DNA of 60,985 bases, counting the filler. It is 5 parts of 5 records of this genome, joined end to end, with 100 filler letters (N's around TTAATTAATTAA, not from the genome) between each part and the next. Parts side by side here need not be neighbours in the genome. Positions count along the whole stretch, not along the records: positions 27,495 to 39,010 come from DRR378314_1172; positions 39,111 to 54,599 come from DRR378314_1175; 3 more parts are not named here. The stretch is one strand, 5' to 3'. Position numbers and translations under genes: made by a program. The stretch's first letter is position 1. Each line of letters starts with the position of its first letter. Under the pieces are notes generated by a model. The model did no database searches, was not told where the DNA came from, and saw nothing but the letters and a program-made list of their open reading frames with translations. This document shows positions 28,803-40,922 of this stretch, piece after piece.

Positions 28803-31137
28803 CTACGCCACCGTGGCTTTGCGAGGGCGCCTAGGAATATGCTTCACGGGGACCAACGCCAGGGGTAGATCTCGGCATTCAATCCAACGCGTGGCGCGCT
28901 CGGCCAGTGTCCCGCCACACTTGAGCCCGCGCGCATCCAGTGCCTCCTTCAGGACGCTGAGTCCAAGCGCTTCTGCTTCCTCGACAGTCTTGACTTGCAG
29001 TGCCTCTGCAGGAACTTGCTGCATACGCATCGAACCAGGGGGCAAGACCTTGCCTGAAGCATCGCCGTTTGGAGCTGTGCTCGACCCTGGTGCGATAGGC
29101 GATCGACCTTTGTCAGCAAACGCGTCACTTGCCCTCTGGCTGGCGTCCGATGGCGATCGCTCGCTATTCGGCAACGGGGTTGGTCCCGGTGTGTCACTTG
29201 CAGTCGATTTTCCTGATCCACTGTCATCACACGGCTCGTCTTGAGCTTCAGAGTCCTCAGAATCACTTCCGGACATGACATCGTCAAACATTGACAAGCT
29301 GTACCGGAGCGCAGACAAAAGAAGCCACATCGTAAGTGTGCCAGCGCTTTCATCGCACACGACATCAGCGTACGGGCGATTCACGTCCATGTTCGCGTGG
29401 CAAAGAAAAGCGTCCTTTTCCCCTACAAAGAGGATACTCGACGATAAAGCTAAACCGCCCAGTAGGCACCAAATGTGCGCACAGCTCCACCAGTGCCGCT
29501 GCGGGCATGAGCGTCGTGTCAATCTCAATCCTCCACGCGAGTACAGCAGAGTACAAGTACCTTTGCCCGCTCACACGTGGATACCCAGTCTTCTGCTTCG
29601 AGCGGCAGGCCTATTCCGATTCTTCTATTCACCAATGCAACCGCCGAGCATATACACACTCCAATACGCATATGACAACACTTTGCAACCCCTTGAGTGA
29701 GAAATTGATGCAACAGAAATATGATACGTACCTTGCTCTCGCACGCTTCGCGCTGCCACTGCTGCGGCTGGAGGGATCTGCTTCACCACTGGGCTTGTGC
29801 GCGATGGCGACAGCAACGGCATCGCGTGTAGCCGACACAGCGGTTTCATGCGCATTCTCAAACGAAGACGAATCGAAGGAATACTCAGGAACCGCCGCAA
29901 GCTCGTCATCTTCCAGACGGCGCTTTTTTGCCTCGCTACGAATCTTCTCTTTCGCCTCTTTCGGATCCCACTCGTGGAGCATTTTCTCCGCCTCGACGTG
30001 ACGCAAGCGCCTGCCTTGCAGATCTCGACACGCGCCGAAATTCGTCGTCTTTTTCTGTCCAATCTTAGATGCCTGGCCGCGAAGCAAAGCACCAAATCCT
30101 CCCTTCCCTGCACAGATCGAACAGAAGACGAGGTGCAACCACGGGAAGCGACCGCGCATCGCGAAGCGCGTAAGCAAACGCTCGGAAACATTTCGCCACG
30201 GATTCACCGCGTCACGGCGCGGCCAGCACTGCGCAAGCGAAGGTCCACGAACGCACTTCGGGTGCAAGAACTCTGAGCGCGCTTACAACACAAGCAAGCA
30301 TAAACTACTAATAAGCCAATCCCTTGGAGTAGGTAAAATTTCAAATAATAATAATAATAAGGCATTCATCGCACGAGGAAGAAACAGAAAACGCCCGTTT
30401 TGAGGGGCTCCGAAGGTCTGTTGCGCATCCCACAAACACTACAGCAAACCAAGGTTCACGGAACCGCCACTCTGCGTAGACGTGGCACAGTGTTGAGACA
30501 ACTCTACAGCACCCGGTTCTACTTCCAATGCCGCTGTCAAGGAAAATGAGAAGGATACGAACAAATCACAATGAAATATAGTAATTTCATCACAATTTCC
30601 TTTCCGAGGCGAATACGAGAGTCGCACGGGGCAACCCGAGCTGCACACGGCGACGAGGTGGGAGGCGCCGCGTGTGCCCGTCCGAAAGCGGACGGAAACG
30701 ACAGCGAATGAAGGCCAACGCGAACTGACCCACAATCCCGCTCTACCGGAGACTTGGCAGTGCAAACCCGTATCAATACATCGAACATAAGTCGATTGCC
30801 CGTCTCCGGTCGGGTTTCTGCGCGAGACACTTCCTTTCTCGAGGAAGGAACGCGTCCTCTTTGACGCACCTCCACGCAGCCTATGCCGGACGTCGCACAG
30901 TACAACGCCGCCTTCTTTCCCAAGTTCGAAAAGCTCCTCGCTGCTGGCCTCGATATCCAGCGCGTGTCCTCGCACACAAATCCAGACATCCTCACGTGAT
31001 GTGCGCGAGAGAGCACGTCCAACCACGTCGCCTACGGACTCGCGCCATTGCCCAGGTTGGCATGGTGAGACGAGAGGAATCACGCTCGTCCGCGAGAGCG
31101 TGGCGTCGCGGACAATAACCTGAACGGCGGGCGCCAT
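28803..31137 (-). CDS. SDE2: SDE2 homolog; exons 31137-30870, 30107-29732, 29298-28803 (379 aa)
   Basis: GT-AG splicing rebuilds ubiquitin-like domain + RLRGGKGGFG...[19 protein letters not shown]-terminal [19 protein letters not shown]. Confidence 0.9.
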
Positions 31138-33402
31138 CGCAGCGTGACAGCGGCGATCCAACGCAGCTCAATCCTCAAAAGTTGTTTTATTCCCTAATCC
31201 CGCGATAATTTTTTGTGAAAATAGAACGAGGGGTTCTCGCTTGACAAAATCAAAGGGCGTAGCGTTCCGCTGGACCTGCGAGTGTTCACGCGGCAGTCGC
31301 GCGGCACAGCTCGGTGGTACTTGGCGCGCTGCAACGCGCGCCGCTTGCGTACGGTCTGCAGATCATACGTGGCGGCACGCGGAGCCCAGTAAACACAACC
31401 CTAGTGTGAACCATGCATGCGGTATTTGCCCCAAGCACAAGCCGACCAATTTGCTGTCAAGTGAGTTGGCTGCACAGCTTCGCAGATTGTGTACGAAATG
31501 GAGCTTCCGTGCTTTCGACTTGCACTGCGTTACAACATACTTTGAGGATCTGACACGGGGGTGAAGAAAGACGAAGATCTCGCCATTCCCGCTCGTTTGG
31601 CAGAACGTGCAGTACGCTGCAGCAAACGGCGCGAGAAAGTCTTGCCTCTGCTCCTGTGTACTTCACTACCTCTAGGGGTACTTCAGGCAACGTTGGTCAG
31701 TTACACTTGTAATTCGTTGGTAGTGACAGACCCTATGTAAAATGAAACGAGGTGCCTGCTCGCGGCAGCTCCTCGCCGCACTGGGGGTGGCTGTGTGTGT
31801 TCCCTCGATCCAATGCTGCACCGCAGGCACGCACGAAGCTTGCAGCTAATTTCACCGCACGGCTACCTACGTACACAAACTAATTACTCATGGTACGCTC
31901 CTGCGGCCTTTTGGCTGCGTATGCCATAGGTCTCTTCAAGGACATATTGATTGATTCATCATTGTATTATAATGCACATGGTGCGCACCGTTGAGCGCAA
32001 GCACAGGCGTGCCATGGAAAGGCAACATGGGCTCTCTGCGCAGGCGGTAGCCGCCGCCACGCGGCTGTGTGCGGAGGGGCCCGCTGTTGCTGTCACGGCG
32101 CTTGTAGCAACGCGCTAGTGTTGTCGTTGGCACGCGGCGCGCTGTGTTGAGCGGCCTCGTTTACGGGATCATGCGCGAGATATGCGCTCTAGATGGATTT
32201 GTACTGCTCCTTGTACGGAACTTGAGATATTATTTTCAGTTTTCCGGGTGATGTGTGATCTCAAAAGGAAAGGGTTTTGGCTTCTTGTGAGCATAGGAAA
32301 TGGCTTCGCGTGCGCGTGTGTAACTGGTAGGAAGAGCCAACACAGACGCACGCCGCGCAAGCCCCCCTGTAGCCTTTTTCTTGTTTCCCTCTGCACGCCG
32401 TTGTTCGTCCAGAAAACGCGTAGGACTGCCCGGGCTTTCTTCGTGCTGCCGATGCACGTGCGCCTGATGAAACGAACACTAGATAGTTTATGTGTATGTA
32501 GCCTCTGAAACGCCCACGCTGCTTGGGAATAGGCGAGTGGGCCCCGCATCCGGCCGTCTATGGCCGCGTAGCGCTCTATGCGCGAGCACAGCAGCTGTGC
32601 AGCCTCGTTGCTGGCCCCCAGGGAGCTTTCGCGCTGCGCTGCGCTGCTCTTGCGCTCCACCGCGTGCAGCGTCCGCCTATTCGCGCGTCTTTTTCTCGGA
32701 GCGCTCCTCGCGCGTGATTCCAACATTCTATTTCCATGGTATACTGCGCAATGTTCCTCTTTGTTGGAAATCCTGCTGTGGGGAAAGAATGCTTCCTTTG
32801 TTTGCAACACCGCCCCCCCCCGGATTCGTTCTTGCTCGGCATGGAGCTGCCGCAGCTTTCGCACCATGGACTGTGCTGCTGTGCTTGCCTCTGTAGCAAC
32901 GAGGCAAGCGGCTTTCTTTTTTCGTTCAGGCTGTGTGCCAGGCCTGTGTTTTCGTTGTTGTTGTTTCCCCTGTCGGAGCGATTGGTATTCCACTTTGGTG
33001 TTTCCCAATTCCCAATATCCGCTACATCATTTTGTGCAGTAGGAAAGTACAAACAGGCCGGATACGTTTGGTGCCCCAACGCAGCACCAGCGCGTTTTCG
33101 CGTGGGCGTTGCTGCAAGGCGCGTGGTTCTCGCCGTCGCGGTTGGCGTTCCTCGCTGCAACTGTGGAGCTTGTGAAGCGAGTCCCACTGCGGTGCTGCTA
33201 CCCCCCCATCCGGTATTTTCTCTCGCTGTTGTCCCCACGGCTAGCCCCAGGAATGTTGCAAATTGCGTGGCAACTTTCCCTCTAACTCCCTGCTGTTCGA
33301 GTCGCTCCCTACGTGGCGTAAGGATCAGAATCTCACCCTTTTTGTCGCCTGCTCTCTCTGTGCCCATCGGTGTATGACTTGCTTGGACGGTGCTTCGTGC
33401 AG

Positions 33403-33597
33403 GAGAACCAGATCAAGCTCGCCAAGGTGCAGAAGATCCTCGGGCGCACGGGCTCGCGCGGTGGTATCACGCAGGTCCGCGTGGCGTTCCTCGATGACGC
33501 GAACCGCTCCATCATTCGCAACGTGAAGGGGCCGGTCCGCGAGGGCGATATTCTCACTCTCATGGAGACGGAGCGTGAGGCGCGTCGTCTCCGGTAG
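33403..33597 (+). CDS. RPS28: 40S ribosomal protein S28 (eS28), main exon; initiator exon not located
   Basis: [22 protein letters not shown]...[32 protein letters not shown] acceptor ending 33402. Confidence 0.95.
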   Translation, partial: ENQIKLAKVQKILGRTGSRGGITQVRVAFLDDANRSIIRNVKGPVREGDILTLMETEREARRLR

Positions 33598-34121
33598 AGG
33601 CGAGAGAACTATGCCTCGACGTACACAGTGATGTGGTGGCACTCTGCGGGGTTGCTTTTGTGTGGCAGCTCGGCGGGCAGCTTGCGCCGCTAGCGCATGG
33701 CGCCTCCCGCTGTTGCTTGCGTAGCGAGAAGGTGCCCGTCGCCTCGCTCGCTGCGAAAAGTGTATCCGTGCAGTAAAGTGAAAATCGTGCGGTATCGTCC
33801 TTGCGCATCCCATTCGCTGTCGCCGCAAGCTGAAGCAGCGCACCCGAGTGCGCGGCTCCTGAACAACTGTGTGCAGTGCACGACGCCGGTTCGCAGAAGG
33901 GTCTTTCGCGATTGTAGAGCAAATTCCACGCTCGAATGCGCGCACGCCATATTCGTCAGCTTGTATTCCGAGCTGTGTATCAGCACAGCAGACTCGCACA
34001 AGTTCGCGCGCAGCCCTTACCAACGTTTTTCCCCTTGTCGCCGAGGTAGGGGCGTGCCAAGTGCGTGGAAACACTGTCACACACCTCATTCGCTGCAGCC
34101 TCTCGGTCCGAGGCAGGTGCA

Positions 34122-35656
34122 TTAGAGATTGCCGCGGAGCTCCTGCTCGCGCTCAATGGCCTCGAACAGGGACTTGAAGTTGCCCGCTCCGAATCCGCTG
34201 TGGTTCTCGCGCTGGATCACCTCGATGAAGAACGTCGGGCGGTCCTGCAGCGGCTTGGTAAAGATCTGCAGGAGGTAGCCATTGTCATCGAAATCAACGA
34301 GAATAGCAAGCTCCTCGAGCACGTCCAGATCTTCCTTGACCTTCGTCGGCGACTTTGCCAGCCGCTCGCGCAGGAGCGTGTAGTACGACTTTGGCACGTT
34401 CAAGAACTTGAGGCCGCGCGCACGCAGCTTCTTGATCGTCTCGATAATGTTATCAGTGCGCAGGGCAATGTGCTGCACGCCCGCGCCGCCGTAGTAATCG
34501 ACGTATTCCTGAATCTGCGACTTGCGCTTTCCGTTTGCCGGCTCGTTGATGGGCATCTTGATCGTCTCGTCAAAGTCCGTGACGACAATCGACCGCAGAG
34601 AACTGTACTCGGTCGTGATAATCTTGTCATCCACAGACCAGAAGCGGTGGAAATCGAGGCACTTTTCGTACCATTCCACGGCAGGGACCATCTCCTTGTC
34701 CGGCTGGTTGCCGACACAGTGGTCCATCGTATGCAGGCCGGGCTCAGCAGTCAGCTGAATCACCGGGTCCTCATCGTCAATATTCTTGTAGCCCGGCAAG
34801 AAAACGCCCTTGTACTCGCCGCGCTGCACAAATGCGTGCACGACATCGCCATACGTGCGCACTGCCGAGATCACTACAGTTCCATTGTCGTCACTGAGCT
34901 CCTCGGGTGCATCGACCTCTTTGGCACCACGCTCCACCGCCTTCGCATGCAGAGCTTTGACATCGTCGACGTTGAACCCAACACGGTACACAGCGTCGCC
35001 GTGCTGTGCAAGGAAGCTTCCGTACACGGGATCGTTCACTTCCAGCGGCGAAGTGAACACGAATTGGATCTGCGCAGCAGCGCGCCGCAGCAATCGCAAC
35101 GCAGTTTGGGCCTCGGTCAACCACGATTTCGACCTTCGGAGCACAACGCTCCTCGCCGCACCGCGAGGTCCGGGCCAGCGGAGGAGCATAGAAAACGGAG
35201 CCGACGACAGTCGCACGCCACAAACCGCACAGCCGCGCGCTTCCGCCTCCTCAACAGCTGCATACGCTGTTTCATCCGTACCTTGCCTTGCTGCACGACA
35301 TGAGATGCGACGCGACGGCTGCCCGTCTCGAGGCCGCGGTACGCAACGCGCTTGAACCCAAACCGCGTGCAGTACCAGTCGGCGGCCTGCAGCGCGTTTC
35401 CAACGACAAACTCGACAAACGAAAATCCATCAAACTTGCCGACAGCAGGCTGGAGAGCACGTCGCCGACGAATCAACAAAAGGGTTTTTTTAGAAAGATC
35501 GACTCAACCGTTGGGCGCGAGGAGGATCGCCAACGTGGGCGAATGCAAAACGGCATGGAACAAAAAGCACGGCAAGCATTCCGCGTGCTGACGGCCTGGT
35601 AGGGCTTGGAAGAGCACCGTCGTCCGTCGTACCTTGGCGCCGCGGTCACCGGTCAT
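34122..35656 (-). CDS. HPD: 4-hydroxyphenylpyruvate dioxygenase; exons 35656-35633, 35449-35282, 35069-34122 (379 aa)
   Basis: [68 protein letters not shown]; phase-0 GT-AG introns. Confidence 0.96.
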
Positions 35657-37366
35657 GAACGACTGCACAATCGGCCGCGGATGCAAAAGGAACACGATTA
35701 CCTCGCAACTTAGCATATGCGCAAGTCAGGACTTTCAAAGTGCGTTCAGATTCTCCGACACGGTACGTTATCGACCCGGAAACCGAGTGGCTTGGTGCTG
35801 GCGTGCTACCAGCGCGAGCGCACAAGCCCACGAGGCGGGCCCCTCGCCGGGTAACAAAGAGTGTAGCGCAGCAAACACAAACTGCATCAAATATGCCATG
35901 AAAGTACACATCTACCTCGGAGAATAACCCCAGCAACAAAGACGGAGCTGTATGGAGTGGTGGTATCCGGAAAATCATGGCTCGCGCGCAAGAAAGAAAA
36001 GAGCGCGGAAGGAAAACTGCAGCGTCCGCGGCACGGGCGAGCAGGCTGCGAGGGTTCGCGAGTCTACTCAATTCGGCGAGAGCGCTCCTCTCACCACGCG
36101 GGCCGCTGCAAGCTTGCGCGTGCAGCTCCTCGCAGAGCACCAAACTGCACACCGTGCCCTCAGAGCGGCCTATACGTATCAAAAAAAAGCAAGACGCTCC
36201 ATGGGGAATGATTTCAGTGATACGGCTGGATACGAGCACCCGCCGGGTCAATGAGCTCTCCTCCACCGCCACGCTTCGACGGGCACACCAGCGCACGGTA
36301 GCACAGCTACCACGGGCAAGTGCGCGGCGCGCGCGACAAGCTGCCGAAGCGGTCAAAGCGCCCTGCGAAGAACACAACGCTGCGCCGCCACAGCACTGTG
36401 ACAACGCAAGGACTCTTGCATGTCCGTAAAACATCGGCTAGAAAACTACACAGTGCAAGCTGGGTGTGCGCTTATACGGATGAGCACAGCGTGCGGCCGG
36501 TCGCATACGCACTGGTGGCAGCGATGATTCGGGAACCTCCGCGCCAGAGCGGCACGCAGGGCCAACGCAGCGCTTATGCTGCACGCGGCTCCGCGTGTGC
36601 CTTTCCGCTCCGCACCGCTTGTAGGAAGGCAGCGAAACGCGACCGACCCATGCGGCGCCAGGGGACCCCTCTTGCGCGTGCCCCTCCTGCTACGCTCCAC
36701 CGCTCCGCACTTGCAAGATTTCCATCCGGAGACAGCTGTGCAACACGCACAAATGCATATGCATCGCGGAAAACTGCCGTCAACGTACGCCTTCCATTGT
36801 AGCAAAGAGTTCGGGAAGTGGGAGTGAAAAGATGCAACACGGGGTAGGCGCACGGCGTCAGCGGTACGGTTCGGCACACTGCAAGAAAGAAGCAGACTGA
36901 TCGACTGCACAGGTCGCTCTGTCCGAACCGAGCTCCCTTCTCGGCCAAGAAAGTCACTGTGCAAAGTAAACCGTGCTGGTTGCTATAGGGCTGCAGGTGA
37001 GCGGCAAAAACTGACAGAGAAGCCAAGGGCCGGAGGAGACTAATCGCTGCACCCTACTACGCACAACAAAAGTAAGAGATAAGATTTTGACTTTCCCGCA
37101 TATATACATGAGGGCAATGTAGAGTAAGGAGAGAAATTTCTCTTGAATGCTGGAGCACGGAGGTTTGCCGCGGCTGTCCACAGCCGCGCCAGATACAGGC
37201 AGAAACGGTCTCAACGCTGCTTGCGCCGCGCTTGGCCATTGGGGTGCCCCATCGTTTCGACTCCACTGCTCTCCGTTCTTCTCGATATCTTTCATAGTGC
37301 TGGATTCAAGACTCCCAAACTACATTTCGTGCCGTCGCTGCGCTACGTTGTGCGTGCAAGAGGGAG

Positions 37367-38439
37367 ATGAGCGGGCAGAATCTTACACAGTGGGATTCGG
37401 CGGTCTTGGATTTCTTAATGTCTCCAGGCGCCGAAGCTCCCGTTCCGCCGACTGCTTCCTCAGCGCAGTGCCAGGGCATGAACACAGTTCCAGAAGTGGC
37501 ACTCCCTGATGGCATTGTGACAGACATACAGCTCACGGAAGAGAAGGAAGCGATTCGATTGGCCCAAGGAGGAAGCCTGGACGACGCGATCGAGATGCTC
37601 ACGCGCGTCATTGCCGCCGCGCCGGAGTATCCCTCTGCACTCAACAACCGTGCGCAGGTCCTCCGCCTCGCTCACCGCGAAGACGACGCAAAAAGCGACC
37701 TTGACAAGGTTCGTTTCGGAGAGAGTGAAACTCAGCAAGAACTCTGCAAGGAGCGCAACTGCAGAGAGCTCTCCCATTCGCACAGCACGCGGGTGCAACT
37801 GCGGGGGTGCGGATCTGCGCCGGCAACCTGCAGTGCTTCAAAGAAATGCACTACCCGCGCGGCGGAGGCTGTTTTATGTCGCGCGTGCACACAGTTGCAC
37901 TCTCCATTCGCACCTGTTCCCTCACCTGTGCGCTCTGTGCGGTGCGCTGGCGGTTGTACCAAAAGGCAATCTCGATATGCACTCCGCTTACGGACAAGTA
38001 CTCTGTCTTCAGGAACGTTGCGGCCCAAGCGTATACGCAGAGAGGTGCGTTCGTGTCGCCCTTCGCAAAGCCACGCAGAGAGTGTGCGTGCGCATGGACT
38101 GTCGCGTGCCGCACACAGGAGCGCGTGGTACTGCAACGCTCCTGGGCCTGGGAGAACGACCGTCAGTGAGATTTTTCGCCTTCTTGATTCTCTATGCGTG
38201 GTATCCATACGTATGTGTGTGTGTCTGTAGGACTTCTCTGGAAAAAAGCCGGTGACGAAGAGCGCGCGTTGGCTGACTTTGAGCGTGGTGCTGCGTTGGG
38301 CAGCGTGTTTGCCAAGCGCGAGGCAGTTTCGCTGAACCCGTACGCGAAGTTGTGCCACTCGATGGTTCGCGGGCTTATGGAGAAATACCACTTCTCTCAC
38401 CCAGAAGAGGGACCGGACAGCAAGCGATCCCGAACATAA
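37367..38439 (+). CDS. TTC36: TTC36-family TPR protein; exons 37367-37708, 37966-38044, 38231-38439 (209 aa)
   Basis: N-terminal D.AVL motif, SALNNRAQ..RL, QAYTQRGLL, DFERGA.LGS.FAK...LNPYAKLC..MV; splice phases keep the frame. Confidence 0.9.
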
Positions 38440-39010
38440 GATCTTGATGATTGCAGCAGGATATCTTTCGAAGAGATCATCTGATATTGTACATCGGAAA
38501 ATCTGATTGTAGTACATGATAATTTGTCACCCGCTGCCCATGACAGCACTTGCTTGTTCGCAGCTGCTGCGAGTTCCGAACGGCAAGCTCTCGCGCGTGC
38601 GCAGTGGAGCCTGAATGCACTCCTTGTGTTGACTGTGCACTTTCTCCTTTTACCTGTTACACCGTGAATGGTTGCACTTGCACGGCGGTGGCATCGCTTG
38701 GAAGGACGAACTGCGACCTTCGTCACGGCACTGGATATTGCAGAGAGGCGCGTTGGCTGCGCGGCAGCAGTGGCGCGGGCCGAGTCTGCCGCCGTTGTCG
38801 CGAGCCCCTGTTGCCAGCAACGCCCTCACCCTGCGCCGTGGTCTGCTACCGCTGGTCTCCCCTTGGCAATGAATACGAGAAGAGAATATCGTGCGATTTC
38901 GTTGTGACAATTGAACAGAAGACGCTATCCGTGGCTACCGAGCAGAGCTGCGGCAGTGCTGTGCGTACTGGGTGGTTCTTCGTTTCATGGCCAGTTTCAG
39001 ACACTGCTTG

Positions 39011-39110
39011 NNNNNNNNNNNNNNNNNNNNNNNNNNNNNNNNNNNNNNNNNNNNTTAATTAATTAANNNNNNNNNNNNNNNNNNNNNNNNNNNNNNNNNN
39101 NNNNNNNNNN
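39011..39110. other. Artificial contig spacer
   Basis: N runs around TTAATTAATTAA. Confidence 0.98.
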
Positions 39111-39413
39111 GATATCGCCATCCTTCAGCTTCTTGTCGCCAGGAATGCCATGGCAAACCACGTGGTTCACGCTGATGCAGCTTGCGTGCTGATAGCCCTT
39201 GTACCCAATCGTCGCCGAGGTTGCGCCTGCATCCTCGACCATCTGAGTGATCAAACCATCAATTACGCCCGTAGTCTGGCCGACAAAAACATGGCCTGCG
39301 ATGTCATCCAATATCCGTGCAGCTAGCGCCCCTGCCGCGTGCATTCCGGCAAAGTCATCCTGTTCATAGATGCGGATACCGTCCTTGGTCAGACGGCCAC
39401 GATGGTCTTTCAT
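39111..39413 (-). CDS. map: Methionine aminopeptidase, N-terminal part
   Basis: GYKGY..ASCISVNHVVCHGIPG.K.LKDGDI. Confidence 0.93.
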
Positions 39414-39597
39414 CGATGCGAGACTCCAAATATTTCGCGCAGCACTTCTTTTACGCTGCTTGTGCAGAAAGTTCCAGAGGGTGCGGGGTAGCGAGTTACA
39501 AATGGAGAATGAAACGGTATCTTCAAGGCTTGGCCGCAAGTTTGCATCTGGGTGGGAGGCATGTTTGGTGGCAAGACGCGGACAGATGGCTTGGATT

Positions 39598-39627
39598 GGT
39601 GTCTGCTATGCGGACAAAGCGGACACT
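39598..39627. repeat. Short imperfect palindromic repeat, copy 1
   Basis: GGTGTCTGCT-ATGCGGACAA-AGCGGACACT hairpin; related copies at 40134-40152 and 50573-50597. Confidence 0.5.
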
Positions 39628-39683
39628 TTCCAAATGGCGGCGTCGGAAGGCGACTGAATTGAGACCGAATACTATTAGACGGT

Positions 39684-40073
39684 TTAATTGTCACTTATGG
39701 GCAAGACTACATAGCTGGGTAGGTCGCTGCGATGCATGTCATTGCTGTACATATCGTTTTGCAAGCAACCAGTGTATTCCGCCTGAGGCTCTCTTTGTTC
39801 TATGCGAACAGGGCCGCCATCGCGCGTGGCAACTCCAGCATGTATTGCTGCCATGCATATGTTGCTCCACCACGCGTAAGTTCCGCATCCTTGCACGTTA
39901 AATGGACGTATTCTCTGCGCCTCTCTAGTGCAGTTGCATTCCATAGGAAGTTCGGCTTCGCCGATATGGCCTGGGCAATCCGGCAAGTCCTCGACCGAGA
40001 GCGCGCTCGTTCCAAAACCGCAGACCAATAGGCACGCGATTGTCAGATAGAAGAGCTTTCGGACATCGAGCAT
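39684..40073 (-). CDS. Secreted LCCL-domain protein
   Basis: Signal peptide; VQG.GTY...SNIC.AAIHAGV...GGPV.I......YTG..QN...S LCCL pattern. Confidence 0.8.
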   Translation of the reverse strand: MLDVRKLFYLTIACLLVCGFGTSALSVEDLPDCPGHIGEAELPMECNCTREAQRIRPFNVQGCGTYAWWSNICMAAIHAGVATRDGGPVRIEQREPQAEYTGCLQNDMYSNDMHRSDLPSYVVLPISDN

Positions 40074-40133
40074 GCAAAAGACCGTATCATAGACTGTTGC
40101 AAGGAGCAAAAAAGGGTCGAGTGGAGCCATACA

Positions 40134-40152
40134 CTTTGGGCTCAAAGCAGCC
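40134..40152. repeat. Short imperfect palindromic repeat, copy 2 (degenerate)
   Basis: CTTTGGGCTCAAAGCAGCC; 13/19 identical to 39606-39624. Confidence 0.4.
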
Positions 40153-40160
40153 TTTATCTG

Positions 40161-40871
40161 CTACCGGTTGAACTTCTGCCAAACACCAACGTCCACCCAA
40201 ACCCCTTCCGGAGAGATTCGGGTGCCGCAGATCATTCGTTCAACACCCGATGACCGCGCAACCTCAAACGCCGCCGCATAAGCCGGGTCAATATCCGCCG
40301 CCAGTGCAAACCGGTCGCAATCGGTGCGTTGCACCAGATACAGCAGGATCGCCCGGTGGCCCTGCGCCGCCATTGCAGCCAGTTCGCCAAGATGCTTGGT
40401 GCCGCGCGTTGTGACGCTGTCGGGGAACTCGGCCAGACCCGGTTCGCGCGAAAGGGTCACGCTTTTGACCTCGACATAAGCGTCCGGCAGGTCGGGCTGG
40501 GTCAGCAGGAAATCGATGCGGCTGTTTTCGCCGTATTTGACCTCGGGGCGGACGGTTTCATAGGCCGCTAGTTCGGGGACCTCGCGGGCCTTCAAAGCCG
40601 CGCGCAATGCTTTGTTCGGGATCGAGGTATCGACGCCCGTAAAATGCCCATTCTCATGATCGACGAGCCGCCAGCCGTATTTCAGCTTTTTCTTTGGGTC
40701 GTCATTCGGCTCCAGCCAGATTTTCTCTCCCGGTTCCGCCAGACCCATCATCGAACCCGGATTGGCGCAATGGGCCGTCACCTCTTGTCCGTCTTCCAGC
40801 CTGCAATCAGCCAGAAAGCGTTTGTAGCGGCGGATCAGGCGGGCGGGGACAAGGGGGGTTTCAAATCGCAT
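40161..40871 (-). CDS. sfsA: DNA/RNA nuclease SfsA
   Basis: RYKRFLAD, AHCANPGSM, SRIDFLL, YVEVKSVTL, FPDSVT.RG.KHL.EL. Confidence 0.96.
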   Translation of the reverse strand: MRFETPLVPARLIRRYKRFLADCRLEDGQEVTAHCANPGSMMGLAEPGEKIWLEPNDDPKKKLKYGWRLVDHENGHFTGVDTSIPNKALRAALKAREVPELAAYETVRPEVKYGENSRIDFLLTQPDLPDAYVEVKSVTLSREPGLAEFPDSVTTRGTKHLGELAAMAAQGHRAILLYLVQRTDCDRFALAADIDPAYAAAFEVARSSGVERMICGTRISPEGVWVDVGVWQKFNR

Positions 40872-40922
40872 GGCCAACGGCCTATACCTGCCCTAACGGT
40901 CGATCAAGAGGGAGGGCGCGCC

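Noticed and set aside
35657-37366. ORFs of up to 262 aa between HPPD and TTC36
   Set aside because: Arg/Ala/Cys-rich translations with no motifs or coherent exon chain; a small spliced gene cannot be fully excluded
27395-39110. Eukaryotic genes apparently embedded in a roseobacter region (possible horizontal transfer)
   Set aside because: Both junctions are artificial spacers and the genes carry spliceosomal introns
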